In this document: one piece after another, positions 13,318 through 26,681 of the stretch
Layout: every line of letters starts with the position of its first letter
Position numbering within the stretch: the first letter of the stretch is position 1
Source of the DNA: Tubiluchus corallicola
Taxonomy: Eukaryota; Animalia; Priapulida
Direction of reading: 5' to 3'
DNA: 64,000 nucleotides
Assembly: GCA_030141605.1 (NCBI GenBank)
Contig: JAQGDQ010000083.1
Span: 620,001-684,000, forward strand
Position numbers and translations under genes: made by a program
The notes under the pieces: model-generated
The model's input: only the letters and a program-made list of their open reading frames with translations
Databases searched by the model: none
Told to the model about the DNA's origin: nothing

Positions 13318-13726
13318 CAGGGCCGTAGTCGGCTTTTGAAAAGTGGTCCGGCCACAGATACGGAACAGGTAGAAAAAGAATACAGCAGCAACATATAGAA
13401 GAGTATATTATAATTTATAATACAGAGTTATAATATAATAGAGCACTACACATACTCAATGATGACATGATTGATTAAAACTTCCCAAACACACATCTGC
13501 GCCGCTCATTTCTAGCAGTAAACTCGTTCGCAATTTCCTTCAGGTCGAGAGCGTCTGTTCTATCCATATGTACATGCAAAGTCATGAGATTGTTCAGTCT
13601 AGTTTGAGTCATCGTACTCCGCAAATAAGTTTTTACTCTACGCAGGGCTGAGAATGTCTAGGCACGTATGGCAGAAAAAGTGGTCCGGCCATGGCCGGAC
13701 CGGCCGGACCGCCGACTACGGCCTTG
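13318..13726 (-). mobile_element. Internally deleted hAT element (Tip100/ZMYM1-like) retaining the transposase C-terminus
   Basis: TIRs CAGGGCCGTAGTCGGC / GCCGACTACGGCCTTG (15/16 match); 13654-13475 reads FSALRRVKTYLRSTMTQTRLNNLMTLHVHMDRTDALDLKEIANEFTARNERRRCVFGKF*, the hAT dimerization-domain tail. Confidence 0.88.
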
Positions 13727-13781
13727 ATAACATATATACAAGTATCACTATATACTATACACACACACGCACATGCACATG

Positions 13782-13804
13782 TCTCTCTCAGCTCTTTCTC
13801 TCTC

Positions 13805-13894
<90 letters not shown>
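13782..13894. repeat. (CT)n-(AT)n microsatellite
   Basis: Dinucleotide runs. Confidence 0.95.
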
Positions 13895-13895
<1 letters not shown>

Positions 13896-14151
13896 GCTAT
13901 ATTAGTGTTAAAATAATAATTGATAATTCATGTGATTAACTTTTTTATATTATACAAGACTTTGTAATGCAAATATACATTATCGCAATTGAAAATACAA
14001 TAAAAGCATATCACTGTATCAACTGTTACGTGTAAATATTTAAATAATAGTGGTTTGAATCGCGAGAGAGAGAAGCGCGAAAACCCACAGTTTATGAAAT
14101 TTATGCCTGCGGTCTGCTCAAAACTTCCTATTTCTGATTTGGGAATCTTAC

Positions 14152-14268
14152 CACATTGTATTTCGTCACTTCCGTCTTCGCAGTCTGATACTCCGTCGCA
14201 TCTTAACATTTCTGAGTAGCATTTTTCTGCGTTTGCGCAGCTAAGGTAGCCATTTAAACAGTTCAGTT
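14152..14268 (-). CDS. Exon encoding an LDL-receptor class A repeat
   Basis: tttttttAG acceptor, GTAAG donor, 117 bp, phase 1-1; LNCLNGYLSCANAEKCYSEMLRCDGVSDCEDGSDEIQC has six Cys and the DCxDGSDE motif. Confidence 0.92.
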
Positions 14269-14439
14269 CTAAAAAAATCCAAGAAATTATAATTCACGAT
14301 TTTGTAATTCATAATTCATCAATTTTACTAAAATTATATAGATTATGTAAATTGTAAATTACACATCCAGATCTCTATGCAATTTTTTCACAGTTTTCTG
14401 TGCTACGTACTTCTTCGATAGCTGTGCTTAATTAATTAG

Positions 14440-14997
14440 GCCTAATAGTTACAACACGAGTCTTGTGTAATTTACAATTGCGTATAAAGTTCACCACACC
14501 AACCGTCTAATGTTTAACAATGGTTAGTTGACACATCACATGACTCTTCGATTACTTAGCAATAGCTAACTGATAATTAACTGCCACACATGTGACATTT
14601 GTATTTAGAGTTATGATCACTCGTGCATTCGGATATATAACAATGGTTTAATAGCTCATTGCTACCACATAAGTCTTCTAGTATTTAAATTGTCAGATAG
14701 CAGTACCACATGAATCATCTGGTATTTAGCAATAGTCAGGCTAACTAATAGTTACCACACAAGTCTTCCTGTGTTTAGCAATGGTTAATCAATAGTTCCA
14801 CAAAAGTCTTTTAAGGAATAAAAATGTGATTAAATCTCCTCTAATTTAGCAAATCTTCTAGTGTTTAGTAATAGTTCAATAAGCATCACCACATATGTCT
14901 CTTGCTTCTTCTATTAGCAAATGTTTAACAAACTATGTGTCCTCAAGTTTTCTACAATTTAGCAACTGCTAACTAATAGCTACCACATGAGTCTTCA
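14440..14997. repeat. Degenerate intronic minisatellite (~45-50 bp units)
   Basis: Repeated variants of TTTAGCAATxGxTAAxTAATAGxTACCACAxRAGTCTTC between the two LDLa exons. Confidence 0.6.
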
Positions 14998-15109
14998 TCG
15001 GAGCCGTCATCGCAGTTTACGTTGCCGTTGCACACAAGTGTTGACTCAATGCATTGTTCACCGTCCATACACATGAACTCACCAACATCACAATCAATAG
15101 CAAGGACAA
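14984..15109 (-). CDS. Exon encoding an LDL-receptor class A repeat
   Basis: ttgtttatAG acceptor, GT donor, 126 bp, phase 1-1; VLAIDCDVGEFMCMDGEQCIESTLVCNGNVNCDDGSDEDSC; not in the ORF track. Confidence 0.92.
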
Positions 15110-16423
15110 CTATAAACAAAGACGAACTGGTTTATTATTCATTTACTGCGTAATAGTGCTAATTAATTTCAGTATGTGTATATAAGTAAGTACTGCTGGA
15201 TTCAGAATTAGATTGGCTGAGATGATGCGATATTAGAATTTGTTCGAAAACGAAACGCATCGCTTGGAGATGTGCCAAATCAACAATAAAGATGAAGCGA
15301 TCACTGATTTCACCGTGCTTTTGCAAAAATCAGTTTAAATTCATTTCGGAAAGTTGTATTATATAAGTCTTTAGGTTAAGTCAATATTGGGACCAATGAA
15401 GAGTTTTTATTCGTGTAGTCATGAATTTATATAATTATTATTACAATTTTGTTATTATTATTGTTAATAAATTCTCAAAAACACTAAAACTTACTACAAC
15501 TGGTGTTATTGCAAACTGCATTGAAATCTCATTACAAACTGTGAACAAACTCGAAATACTATAGCTGGTGAAAGCATAAGTAAGGTATAATAAAACAAAT
15601 TAATTTGATGAGGGGCAATTGGTTTACAAAATTCATAAAAAGATAATACGAAATTCAATAATATGTTTTATTGATAATTAACTATTGTTCTTGTTTCTTC
15701 CCTTTCTACACGATTCATTATGTAACATGGCTGATATTATTTAACAACGCAACATTATGTAACAAATCATAAAATTAGTCATTATGTAACAGTCATCATC
15801 TAATACTTTTTGCGTGAATATGTAACAATCATTTAACGAAAAGTGATATACAGAAACTAACGTACGGTTGGTCAGCTGGCTAGATGCTGCTGTCAGACGA
15901 AACCCGTTGACAGATCAGGACACAGACAGACTAGACAATGTCTGAGCCTGACGCAAATCTACAAAAAAGCAGAAATAAACCGACAATCTAATGATTATGC
16001 CGTAATCTAGAACGTGGCAAGACTCAAACAGTGACACGACGTTAGCTTGATACATTACGATTATTACTTAATGACGAAATTTGTACATAATGACGAATTT
16101 TGTGAATTGTTGCATATTGCCGCGTGGTAAACCCCTTTGTTAAATAATGAATCTTAATAACGTAATCACTGATTACTATCAGTCTCTTATAAAACTTCCA
16201 TAAAAGATGGAAGACTAAAGAATATTGCGCGTATAAACTTTTTGATATCGGAAAAGAAGGTTCAGAAGTGAGAAGTGGAGTCAATGAGAAAGACCCAAGG
16301 TTTTAACACATTCCGCAAGCAGTTTGCAACGAATTTTTAGCAATTTTTCTGATGATCAATTACACAACAGCACAACACATAGCTTGGTGAGTCGCCGACT
16401 TTTTGAGTGATAACGTATGAGTG

Positions 16424-16705
16424 ATACAAACAGAAAAACAAGATATACATACAATTTCAATTTTGAATTATAGTGGCACTGCAGACAGACAAAACAATTT
16501 CTGATAAAACAAATGTTGTGAAATCGCTCCTGCAGTTATTTTAGTTATTTAAATGAAGAGTTTAAATATTAGTATTTACAATACATTGTCACTCATCTGG
16601 CCTGATTTTCAATGATATGATCTTTACATAGTATATTGTTCATCATGTCTTAAAAACGTTTTTTGAACATAATCAATAAATGCCTTAGTTACTTCTAAAT
16701 CATTA
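16424..16705. repeat. Dispersed repeat, probable LINE 3' end; second copy at ~28715-28990
   Basis: CATACAATTTCAATTTT...CACTGCAGACA...TGTCACTCATCTGGC...CATAATCAATAAATGC...TTACTTCTAAATCA shared between the two loci. Confidence 0.75.
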
Positions 16706-17059
16706 CTTCTCTTCGACAACATGTTTCACACCGAAGCAAAGACATTAGACTCTCAAGTAGTGGGCTCTGATCTCAGATATTCCATGACATACATGGGTAT
16801 GATGTAGTCAGCATGTAACGTTCTCTTTGTGTGACTTTCTTTTGAAATCATCTATTAATCAAAAAAACACTATTACTGCTACACCGTTCCACTTAATTTT
16901 GCTGGCACGAGTTTATTGGGTACGAATGCGTATCGATTACATTTGATCTCTTTCGAAGCTTAGCATTTCTTATACTATTATACTGGGAATATACGAAAAA
17001 TTCGCTTCACTGACTACACCACACAAGACTGAATATATTAGCTAGCTGACAGACAAACA

Positions 17060-17451
17060 GATTGACTGACTGACAAACTAGCTGGCTATTTGACTGACTT
17101 GACTACCTGACTTATTGACTGATTGACTGACTGTTTGATTAACTTTCTAATTCATTGACTGCCTGGCTGCCTGGATGCCTGCCTGCCTGACTGACTGACT
17201 GACTGGCTGACTGACTGACTGCCTGACTGACTGACTGACTGACTGGCTGGCTGGCTGACTGACTGACTGACTGACTGCCTGACTAACTGACTGACTGACT
17301 GACTGACTGACTGACTGACTGACTGACTGACTGACTGACTGACTGACTGACTGACTGACTGACTGACTGACTGACTGACTGACTGACTGACTGACTGACT
17401 GACTGACTGACTGACTGACTGACTGACTGAATATATATATATATATATATA
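17060..17451. repeat. (GACT)n microsatellite with (AT)n tail
   Basis: Tetranucleotide array; source of the SVSQ ORFs. Confidence 0.97.
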
Positions 17452-20400
17452 TTCTGCTTTAGTTGATCGCAAGCATGATTGCAACGGAACGATCGATAAA
17501 CGTCCAATAGCAGTCGTGTGGGCATTATTGTGCATAATTATAAATTCCAACTAAATGGAGTGCTGTTCAAAATATGTATAATAATGACAATTGTTGGCAA
17601 TACTTTGCATACCAGTAAGTCTTACTAACGTTTACCACTCTACAGAGAATACTTTAAAATGTCATGAACCTGGAGTACACTACCTCCAAGAGCCTCATTT
17701 ATGTACATCTGTTTCAACATAATAGAAACTGAAGCGGTGTGACTTTCCACTACCTTCCCGGATGCGTTTACACAGCAGCTCACATCATACATTTAATAGT
17801 GAGCAGTACATTTCTTCATAATAAACATGGAGTGAGTGCTTAATATCAATGACTGCTAATGGTGTTAATTTTTTGTGTGCTCAAGTAGCTATGTTAGAAT
17901 GACGGTAGGTTGAACTAGGTTCTTATATTGTAATAAATGACATAGAAATTAAAAACCATAAAACAGCTAGATTGTTAGTTAGAAATATATATATATATAT
18001 ATATATATAAGTAAGTAACCAATTTGTTGTCATTATAGCATAATATATACAAAGAAATTTATGTAGCTTATGTACTGCAATATCAAAGAGATTAACACAA
18101 ATAAGTCAATCAGTTGTGCAGTGACATACAGAATTGAAGGAAAGAACAAGTCACTCAGTATGTGTGCGTTTATTTTACTGCTATCACTGAAACTTGGAAG
18201 AATATAACAAAGAAATTTGCAAAGAACTTTCTCTAAAGCACAAATCTAAAATATACTGCCTCTAAATAGAAATTTCTTGACTTTCGTGAACTTCGTGGCT
18301 TTTCGTAAGCGCATCGTGTCGTTTCGTAAGCGCGCGTTGCTTAAACTAATTCAAACTTCTGCAGTTTACCTAAAATTCACGCAAAAATGTTACAAAGTTA
18401 GCTATCTACATGTTTTTGTAAAGACTTATTATTCTTTTGACGAAGATTGACAGGGCGCTACTTTTCCTCAAGTCGAATGACGTCCATGGAAAAAGCCTGA
18501 ATGGGCATTGAAAATAGGAGCGCCCAAGCATGAAGTGATCGAATTTTAAAGTGATTTTACTAATTAAACGAGGGGCTTGTTACAGCTTTATTACTAAATC
18601 CTTGTAACATTTCTTGCAAACGTTGCAATAAGCCTAACCGCTTAGAAGGCTTGGCTTAGCTTTTCCTTTACTGAAATTTACTGTTGATGGTGCGAATTGC
18701 AACGGGATAGAAAGAATTTAACGTTTTTGTGGTTTCAACGCTAATTGAGCGTCATCTACCATCAGAGGGGAGCATTTCGAATTATTTATTACCTGGATGA
18801 AATTCCTCTTTCATGATAACTTGCGCCCTCTTTCTACATAAAATATAGAAATACAAACTAACGCAGCACCTACCACCATGGAGGTTTTGATTACACAAAA
18901 AAAATGTCAGAAAATTAAATGACGATGACGATTCTGGTGTTATATGTGGAAAAACATTTAAGCTGTTTTCAGGGAGTTTTTCAAATTCTCCTCTTCTAAT
19001 TCAAGGTTTTCATCTTATAGAAACAACCACCTCAGCTTTTTAATAGCAGTCGTGGAACGCAAACGAATGCCGAATCCTGTTAAAAGAGCTAAGCAGCAAA
19101 ATCTACATCAACTTATTTACGCTAAATCGCATTTTGTTGCCATGGATACGGTAAGGATTTATTGTAACAACTAATAACAAGTCAAATTACACGCTACTTT
19201 GTAAACTCGTGTATACGCAGCAGCTGTCAGGAGTGCATGTTTTTGTGGCAAAGTGCAAAAAGAGGTATATGAAGCTTACATAAATATGTATATTGGGAAT
19301 CAGTTGAGAACTTAAAGATCGACAAGCATAAGGTTTTACTTTTAGATCTGAAATACACATCAACATACGATTGCAAGTAGTGCAATTACACACTTGCGTT
19401 GTTTTTTAACTCGCCCCCCAGATGGCAGATAAGAAATTGCTCAGTCACCATAGTAACGCCAACTCTAGCAGTGAGCATTCCTGCAGTGTGATGTTAGAAG
19501 CTACAGCAAGACAATGAACATAGCGGCTGCGTGTTACAAACACCATGGCAACCTGTTGTTCCAGCTGAGCTGTGCATGAAATTTTACACAATTTTTTTTA
19601 CATTTGTCATTAGCGCACAAAAAGTTTATGTCCTGCATTTGTATAAATAACATATTCCGGTTAGATATTTCATTAGCTATTTGAAGATGTTTGCCGTTTT
19701 TGTTTAAGTAGGCAAATAATTTAACTACTTGAGAAAAATCTGTCGGTACCCCATAAAAAACTGAACAAAAAAGTTTAAAACACTTAATAAATTTACTGAA
19801 ATCCCATAAATGATCTTGACACAAGAATGCGATCATTACAAAGCTTAAGAACCTCTTTCAATAGATCCGTTGGCTGTTTTTACCTGCAAGTACTCACTGT
19901 AACAAAATTAACGAATATTGTGTAAAAAGTGAAATTCCTCAATGGCCAGCAAGTTAATGAGGCACAACAATGAAACTTGTAATTGCACTGTTTGCAATCG
20001 CACGAGATTGAAATACGTCCAGGATGTTAGAGTTTCTTACCAGCTTCTTTAAGTTTTATACTTACATATAGCTGTCAATAAAAATGTAATTGGGCACAAT
20101 AACGTTAGGCACTGTTAACTGAATGAAAATATTTCCGTGATTTTTAAATAAAGACCACAAAAACATGTTCTACGCGGAAAATAAATGTCACAAGCGAAGC
20201 ATAATTAAAGTTATTTACGTTTGAAGCCATTTACTGTCGCTAACTGGCGGCAGAGGGTGCTACGTTACACTAAACACTTACTACTCCATGGAAGTCAGTT
20301 AATTGTAATAATTACACTAGCATCACCAAATGCAATTTAAAACCACATTACGCCTGTTGTATACATCGGCCAACCAGAATTCTAGAATGAAAGAAATCTG

Positions 20401-20564
20401 CTTTCGAGACATGTAAGTCAAACAGCAGACACCAGACACTGCTATTGAAGCTATTCCAGTGGCTTGTCAGCACAACTTCGGTATAAATTATGAAACACCG
20501 GAAATGTAACATGGACTCATTATGACATACGTTCAACTGCAGTTGCAAGTAAAATTTTAACTGC

Positions 20565-21352
20565 ATCATGTTTGACCGAAATTCGGGTCTAACTGCACTA
20601 AATTTCATGTGCTTAAGTTAGCATCGTCAAATAGGGGCAACAATTTCAGTGTGTATGTGTTACTTTAACACAGTTATTCTGTAGCATGGCTTTTCATTGG
20701 ACGAACAGCTTTGTATGGAGTTTTGGAGACAAAATGAAAAAATGAAATGAATTAAACTGCGAGTGTTATAGCATTTATTCAAACGCTCCGCCATGGCTGC
20801 GCTCTAACGAGTAGTTCAAAGCAGAGATTCATCGTTGCCAACAGAACAACGTAGTTTTCATCTAGCTAAAATGCGCGGGAGTAAAAGTGATGGCTTTAAA
20901 ACGATTTGGAAGAATTAAGTACGAAGAAGTGTAAGCAGGCGACATTAATAAGGCTTCTAATTTCAAACCAGGATTACAAACGCTGGATTTAAACGCTATT
21001 ATGTCGAATAAAAATACCAGATTTCTGAGTATTTTTTCATCTCGTGTGCGCAAATTGTCAAATGCACTTTCTACAGTAGACATTTCTCTCGTATTTACGG
21101 GTTAATGGATACAATTGTTCACTCACAAAAGGCTCATTAAGCTAGTAGAAGTAACGCGTGTCGGTATGTTGCTTTTCTATACATGCGTCCAGGTTAAAAT
21201 GTCATTTTTCTTCAGCTGTGAAATTCTTCGTGTCACTCGCACACGCGCTGCAGCAAGTGAGAAGCTCTTATGAAAGAGAAAATTCCTCGCCGCTTAATCG
21301 CAATTTCATCTTTTCGCAAAATGGTTTCTCGGAAAAAAGCGAAAGCGAGTGA
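20565..21352 (-). pseudogene. Highly decayed hAT (ZMYM1-like) transposase relic
   Basis: HSLSL near 21350, DEKILRNLVFLF, and FSAVRPEFRSNMMQ resembling the hAT C-terminal FSAL...LRSTMxQ; many frameshifts. Confidence 0.4.
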
Positions 21353-21566
21353 GCATTATTAAGATTCAATGCACTGTAGCCGCCCTTTAGATCACAGATA
21401 AAGGACGGTGCACACGGTTGTGTTCGGTGTTGCTCATTCAGCCGTTTCTAGCTTTGGTCAGTAGCTTTGTAAGACCTTTTATAAAGGCCTAGTTTTTGGT
21501 GCCACACAAAAAATTTCATAATACAGGGACACAAAACATAGATGCAATTTTAGCAGGGTGATATTT

Positions 21567-21730
21567 GACGTTGCGTTACGTTACGTTACGTTACGTTACG
21601 TTACGTTATGTTATGTTATGTTATGTTATGCTATGCTATGCCAGGCTACGCTGCGCTATGCTACATTCTCCTATCATGTTATGTCATGTCACGTCGCGCT
21701 ACATCACATCATATCGCATCGCATCGTATC
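21567..21730. repeat. Pentanucleotide microsatellite (TTACG)n-(TTATG)n-(CTATG)n, degenerating
   Basis: Visible 5-bp periodicity. Confidence 0.9.
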
Positions 21731-22347
21731 ACAACAGCAAAAGCGTATAATCGATGCAAACATTTCTTATCATTGCTTTTCTTCATTCTGCTTCCTATAC
21801 ATACAGCAAATTGTCTCATCTCTTATACTACTCAAACTAATACTCTCACTCTACTTTCAATACAAGGGAAGCAGAGTGGCTACTGAGCTGATACTAATCT
21901 CAGATAATGACTTTTGATTGGTTTCATTAACTGAGAAGACAATACAGGTTTAGCTTGATTAAAGATGCCGCCTAGGTACATTATGCTCAGACTCTCCTTT
22001 TAAGGAGATGACGGGGAGGTATTGAAGTGTATTCGCAGAGTGTTTGAGTGGTACAGGTATGATGAAAGCTGTAGCGAATACGAAGGACTTCTCTCAGAAT
22101 TTATCGTCAGTACGTACACTGAATAGCCGTGGGTACTCTGGTATCACGGTTTCATCTGGTTTCACGGTATATTCTGATTTCATCCAGAGAATCAGTATCC
22201 TTAATTTTTCTACCCTATTTCTTGCCTTCAGTGGTACTCACTGACAAGTTTCATCCAAACTGACACACTAGTGTAAAAGTCGTTTCAACTTTGGTCAGTC
22301 ACAGCAATAATAACAATAAAAAACAACATCAATAACAAGATGATTAA

Positions 22348-23029
22348 CTCCTTCAGGACCGCACAATTTAGATATATATATATTAAAATAGGCCTTATGA
22401 TGAGACCTACGACTTCTCTGCTACTGTATGAGCACAAAAATAGCTAAATGGTTGCAAATTAGGTACTGTTCTATTCAGGAGTATTTCAGCTATCCAATTA
22501 TACTATTTGTTTGGACATTTATAAGTGATTTAATTGGATAAAATTAAGAAAATCACGCCCTCTTCAGGCACTCCAATTTGGCTCATCGAGTAGCTTAGTC
22601 TGGTGTACACTTGTGTGGTCGTACACACTAGTTTACAGCCCAAGAGAACTGTCTGCTGTACAGAGTTCCAGGAAATCCAACCGATCAACTAAGGACAAAT
22701 TAAGGTCGTTTCATCCTTTAACAAGAATTTCTTCTCAAAAATAGCGTAGACTTGAGGCTAAAGTGCGTCAGTCTGAATAATTGAGATTTTCTGCATTAGC
22801 CAATTTCACACAAGTGATACTGTTACAATGCAACCACTGCAGTTAGTGAAAGCTTTTTTTCAATTTATTGTCTAAGGTAAGCAATGCATTTCATATAAAT
22901 ATAATTTTGCATGAAAATCCATTGTGTGAGAAATAGCGACCTACAAAAAAATAACCTAATCGCTTCTTAACGAGAGCAGTTTTCATGAACCCATGCAAAA
23001 TGCAGCAAACGCGTAGGGTCCTGAAGGAG
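22348..23029. mobile_element. piggyBac-like MITE (~680 bp)
   Basis: Perfect 13-bp TIRs CTCCTTCAGGACC / GGTCCTGAAGGAG flanked by TTAA (22344-22347) and TTGA (23030-23033). Confidence 0.75.
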
Positions 23030-23615
23030 TTGATTCCGCGGCTGTTAATAGCTAATTTACACTGAAGCCAAAGATCAACATAGTTTGCTATCTGATCATC
23101 TTGAAGTTACACATCGAAGTTACAAAACAATATAAACCGATTTTATCTATTCCGCACCCCTCAAAACCCGTCCGCATCCGCATCCGCATTCTTCACAAAC
23201 GCCACTTAACATGCAAAAGTTTTAGCTAGATTTAATACAAATCAGATTCAACGCATTTGGCAATTTCAATTCAAGTTTAACATAAGGTTTAACAGTGATT
23301 TTATTCAATATACAGATTGACTAAAATTTCAAAGTTCTCAATCTGTATTCAGCAGTGATTCAACACAGGCATGCTAATAAAGTGGATTTAACTAAGTCAA
23401 CATAACGGATTCTACGTGAGTTAACACGAATTCAACAAAGATTTGTGTGTGTAAATTCAACACGGCTTCAGCCTTGAACCAACATAAATTCGTTCGTGAA
23501 ATTCAACAAAACTTACTAGTGCAAATTCAACACGAACTCGGTAAGCCGAATTAAACCAGGATTTGCTTATTTCACTTCACTTAAAACAAGTTATGAAAGC
23601 CAACGTGCTTGTCAA

Positions 23616-24235
23616 TTAAAGGAAGACAGGATGATTTTTTATATATTACCCCATTTTCAAGTCCGACAAAAAGTATACAGTTTAACACGATTAATATTGA
23701 AAAAGCGTTTCTGATAATTAAATAATAGATTAAAAACTTAACGGCAGGCGAGCCCAACTATTGATGACATCACAAACGAATATAATTTTCAACAGCAAAC
23801 ATATTCCACATGCGTGTCGCACGCATTTGTGAAAGATTTAATTGAAGCACGGTGTTACCGTAACAGATTCAGTGTGCTGTAATAAAACTGGACAAGTTTT
23901 AAGAAATAATTCAATTTTCAAGTTTACCCCTGTGCTCACGCATGAGCTGTCGATCATGTGCAATACGTCACAAACGAACACCTCTGAACTGAGCGGTGCA
24001 GTACCTGTTTTTATGCAACGTGTTTCCAAAATGCAGGGGCTAGTGCCCGTTTAACTAGAGAACGGCGAAATGCATGTAACAGTGAAGAACTAGTGGCGCG
24101 AACGTGAAATTGTGTTTGTGTGGTAATAATTCTTTCACGTAAGTCATTCTGGAAAAAATAGTATGTCTGCTTTCAATATTTTAAAGAGTAGACTATTTTG
24201 ACTTGCAGTTTAAGATTGGGCCCGTTTTGTTTTAA
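23616..24235 (-). mobile_element. Family A (Kolobok-like) copy 2
   Basis: Reverse complement of 5793-6434; TTAAAGGAAGACAGG...TTAA ends. Confidence 0.75.
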
Positions 24236-24574
24236 TTCAAAGTGATTTTATATTTTATATTCGTACGTTCACAAAACGCGACGTGTAGCATTATGTTGTG
24301 ACTTCTGGGGCTTCTGAATGTTTTTCATTCTAGTGCTTCCGAGGAGTTCAGTGACAACTAATGTTGATTAAGTTAAAACATATATTACATAATTATGTTC
24401 GTTCTATTTTAGAAAACACAGTTACCATCTGACCCTCTATTATCACTGCTTCACAAGCTACAGAGTTGGGAAAACTTCAAGAAAGGATGTGTAAAATAAT
24501 TAATACATAATAAATATAGAAGATCAAAACACTCTTGCCAAATCAAAAGTGCTGATGGTAAAACGTCGCCACAT

Positions 24575-24830
24575 CGCCATCCCAGTGTGCATCACTGGCT
24601 CACCAAAAACACATTATTGATCTTATTGACAATATAAAGTAATTAATACTTTTATTTAGTTAGCGGAGAGTGTGCTACGAATGCTGTGATTATTTGTTTC
24701 CTACTTTGCACAGTGTTATCTAAACTTGTTTCAATTGACTTACAGTTAAAATGGCTGCGTCTAACGGTCATTGCGAGAGTTTAAATTTACCATTTTTATA
24801 CAGCGTTGCTGCCAACGGAAGTCCTGTATG
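24575..24830 (+). repeat. Family B copy 2
   Basis: Colinear with ~1920-2170. Confidence 0.7.
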
Positions 24831-25035
24831 TAGTACTGTAAGTGATAGAAACATTTCAACTGGAATTTTTAAACTATATTTATGAAGGGTGTTTTCTTGT
24901 GCTTTAAATGCAGTATTTTAGTATGAATGAAACATAAAGATATGCAACATGACAGTGAATTTTTTTCTTGTTATTCATTTAGTTATTGTTGTGTATTCAT
25001 TTTAATAGATGCATTTCAAAATAGTGCAAAAACGG

Positions 25036-25422
25036 TAAGCGTTTTCACAGTTTCGTTGTGCGCACGCGCAATTGCTGTAGGTCAAAGGTTAAGTGTACCA
25101 TAGCAACGCGTCCTAACTACAACCGCCACGTAACATGTGGGTAAAGCAAAGCCCAGTTCTGTAACTTCAGTTGTTTTACGTGGACTTTACTTAATTATGT
25201 ATTAGTCTGTGCGCAGAGTGATTTACTAGCAGGATCTTGCTTGGGAACAAGAAAAAATAAACTAAGTAAGGTGCTACATGCAGCAGTCGTCCCTTTTCTT
25301 AATTACTATTACATCAGCATAGGCTGCGAGGCGTTTTAAAGTGTACACAAATGATATCTGGTACACTTAACCTGCTATCTTTTCACGATCACCATCAATC
25401 TGTGAAACTGTGAAATAGCTTA
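25036..25422. mobile_element. MITE with ~19-bp imperfect TIRs
   Basis: TAAGCGTTTTCACAGTTTC ... GAAACTGTGAAATAGCTTA. Confidence 0.55.
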
Positions 25423-25575
25423 TCAGTTGTATGCGTTTTTTGCGCTTGATCCATTATACCACTTATCGGTAGTTTCTTTGTTCAGATGTATAATGTTTTC
25501 AAGTCGTTTTTGTTTGTCTTTCGTAATTTTAGTTCTTTAATGGTTCAATAAATAAATAAATATTCACATTCATAC

Positions 25576-25957
25576 GGGGCTGAGTTATCCTATAGGCTAG
25601 TATAGGCTGCAGCCTAGAGCCGTTCAAGCTTAGGGGCGCAAACGCTTTGATAACATTTGGTAAAAAATCTGTTTTTCACTGCGGCTGTGTTGAAATATGT
25701 GCTAGTTTGGTTTGCAATAAATAGTAACATAATGGTATTTCTTTAAGAATATTTTTGTTGGCAAAGAAAAGATAGCTCTTCTAGTCTATTTGAAGAATTT
25801 ACAATAAGTTTACTTCAAGCTGTGTAAATGTCGCTAAAATATATCAAGAGTAAAAATATTCAAGACGAGTGCAGCCGAGTTAGAGGGTTGCTCCATCTGG
25901 GGGGACCCATAATATAATTAGACTAACGGCCCCCAAAAGCTCATAATCCGGTCTTGC
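25576..25957 (+). mobile_element. hAT-like MITE family D copy 1
   Basis: GGGCTGAGTTATCCTATAGGCTAGTATAGGCTGCAGCCTAG...; colinear with 28362-29220; related TGCAGCCTAG motif at ~41137-41590. Confidence 0.65.
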
Positions 25958-26584
25958 CTACACACGCAAACATTTGTGACCGAGAAGCAATTGTGTTTAG
26001 TACAAGTTAGCGTTATAATTGCTGGTTTTAATAGACCTGCCATTGTAAATTATTGCTTCATATATCACTGGCAGTGACAAATGTCTATTTTGAGTTATTC
26101 ACTGAACCTCACAGGATTTGAACGCCGTTCTGTTTGCTTATTTGCTGTCTGGAATGATCTTGTATGAAAACAATTAAATATATACGTAATAAATGATTTA
26201 TTAATTCGTGAACGCAGAAAAAAACACGTGACTAACGATCATTCATTGTACGCAAAAGTTGTTTTTATTTCTGTAAGTTGATTGTACTCATACAGGTAGT
26301 TGCAGAAAAATCATTAATAAAATGGCATATCTTTTGTTAGAATTCTGCGTCTTTATTTTTCATGATGAATAAAAATTTATCTTCCTTTTCTTGTGCTGGG
26401 AAAATCAAGACTCAGATCAGTAGTTTTTACGTATAATTTAACTCTTTCTTAGTTTAGTTTAGAGCAGTATAGTAAAAAGTGTTTTTCATCTTCTGCTTCT
26501 CCTGAATTGAACTACATGTATTTACAAAATTTTCCAATATCTGGTATTTGATTTTGTCTGTGATACCGGCCAGTTTCTCTATGT

Positions 26585-26609
26585 ATACACACACACACAC
26601 ACACGTGTG

Positions 26610-26681
<72 letters not shown>

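Noticed and set aside
12388-14152. LDLa-cyclase fusion protein
   Set aside because: LDLa exon ends in phase 1, the candidate acceptors upstream of the cyclase ATG are phase 2, and the cyclase has its own signal peptide
15866-15958. Exon-like segment upstream of the LDLa exons
   Set aside because: Good acceptor and donor, but stops in all three frames; could only be non-coding
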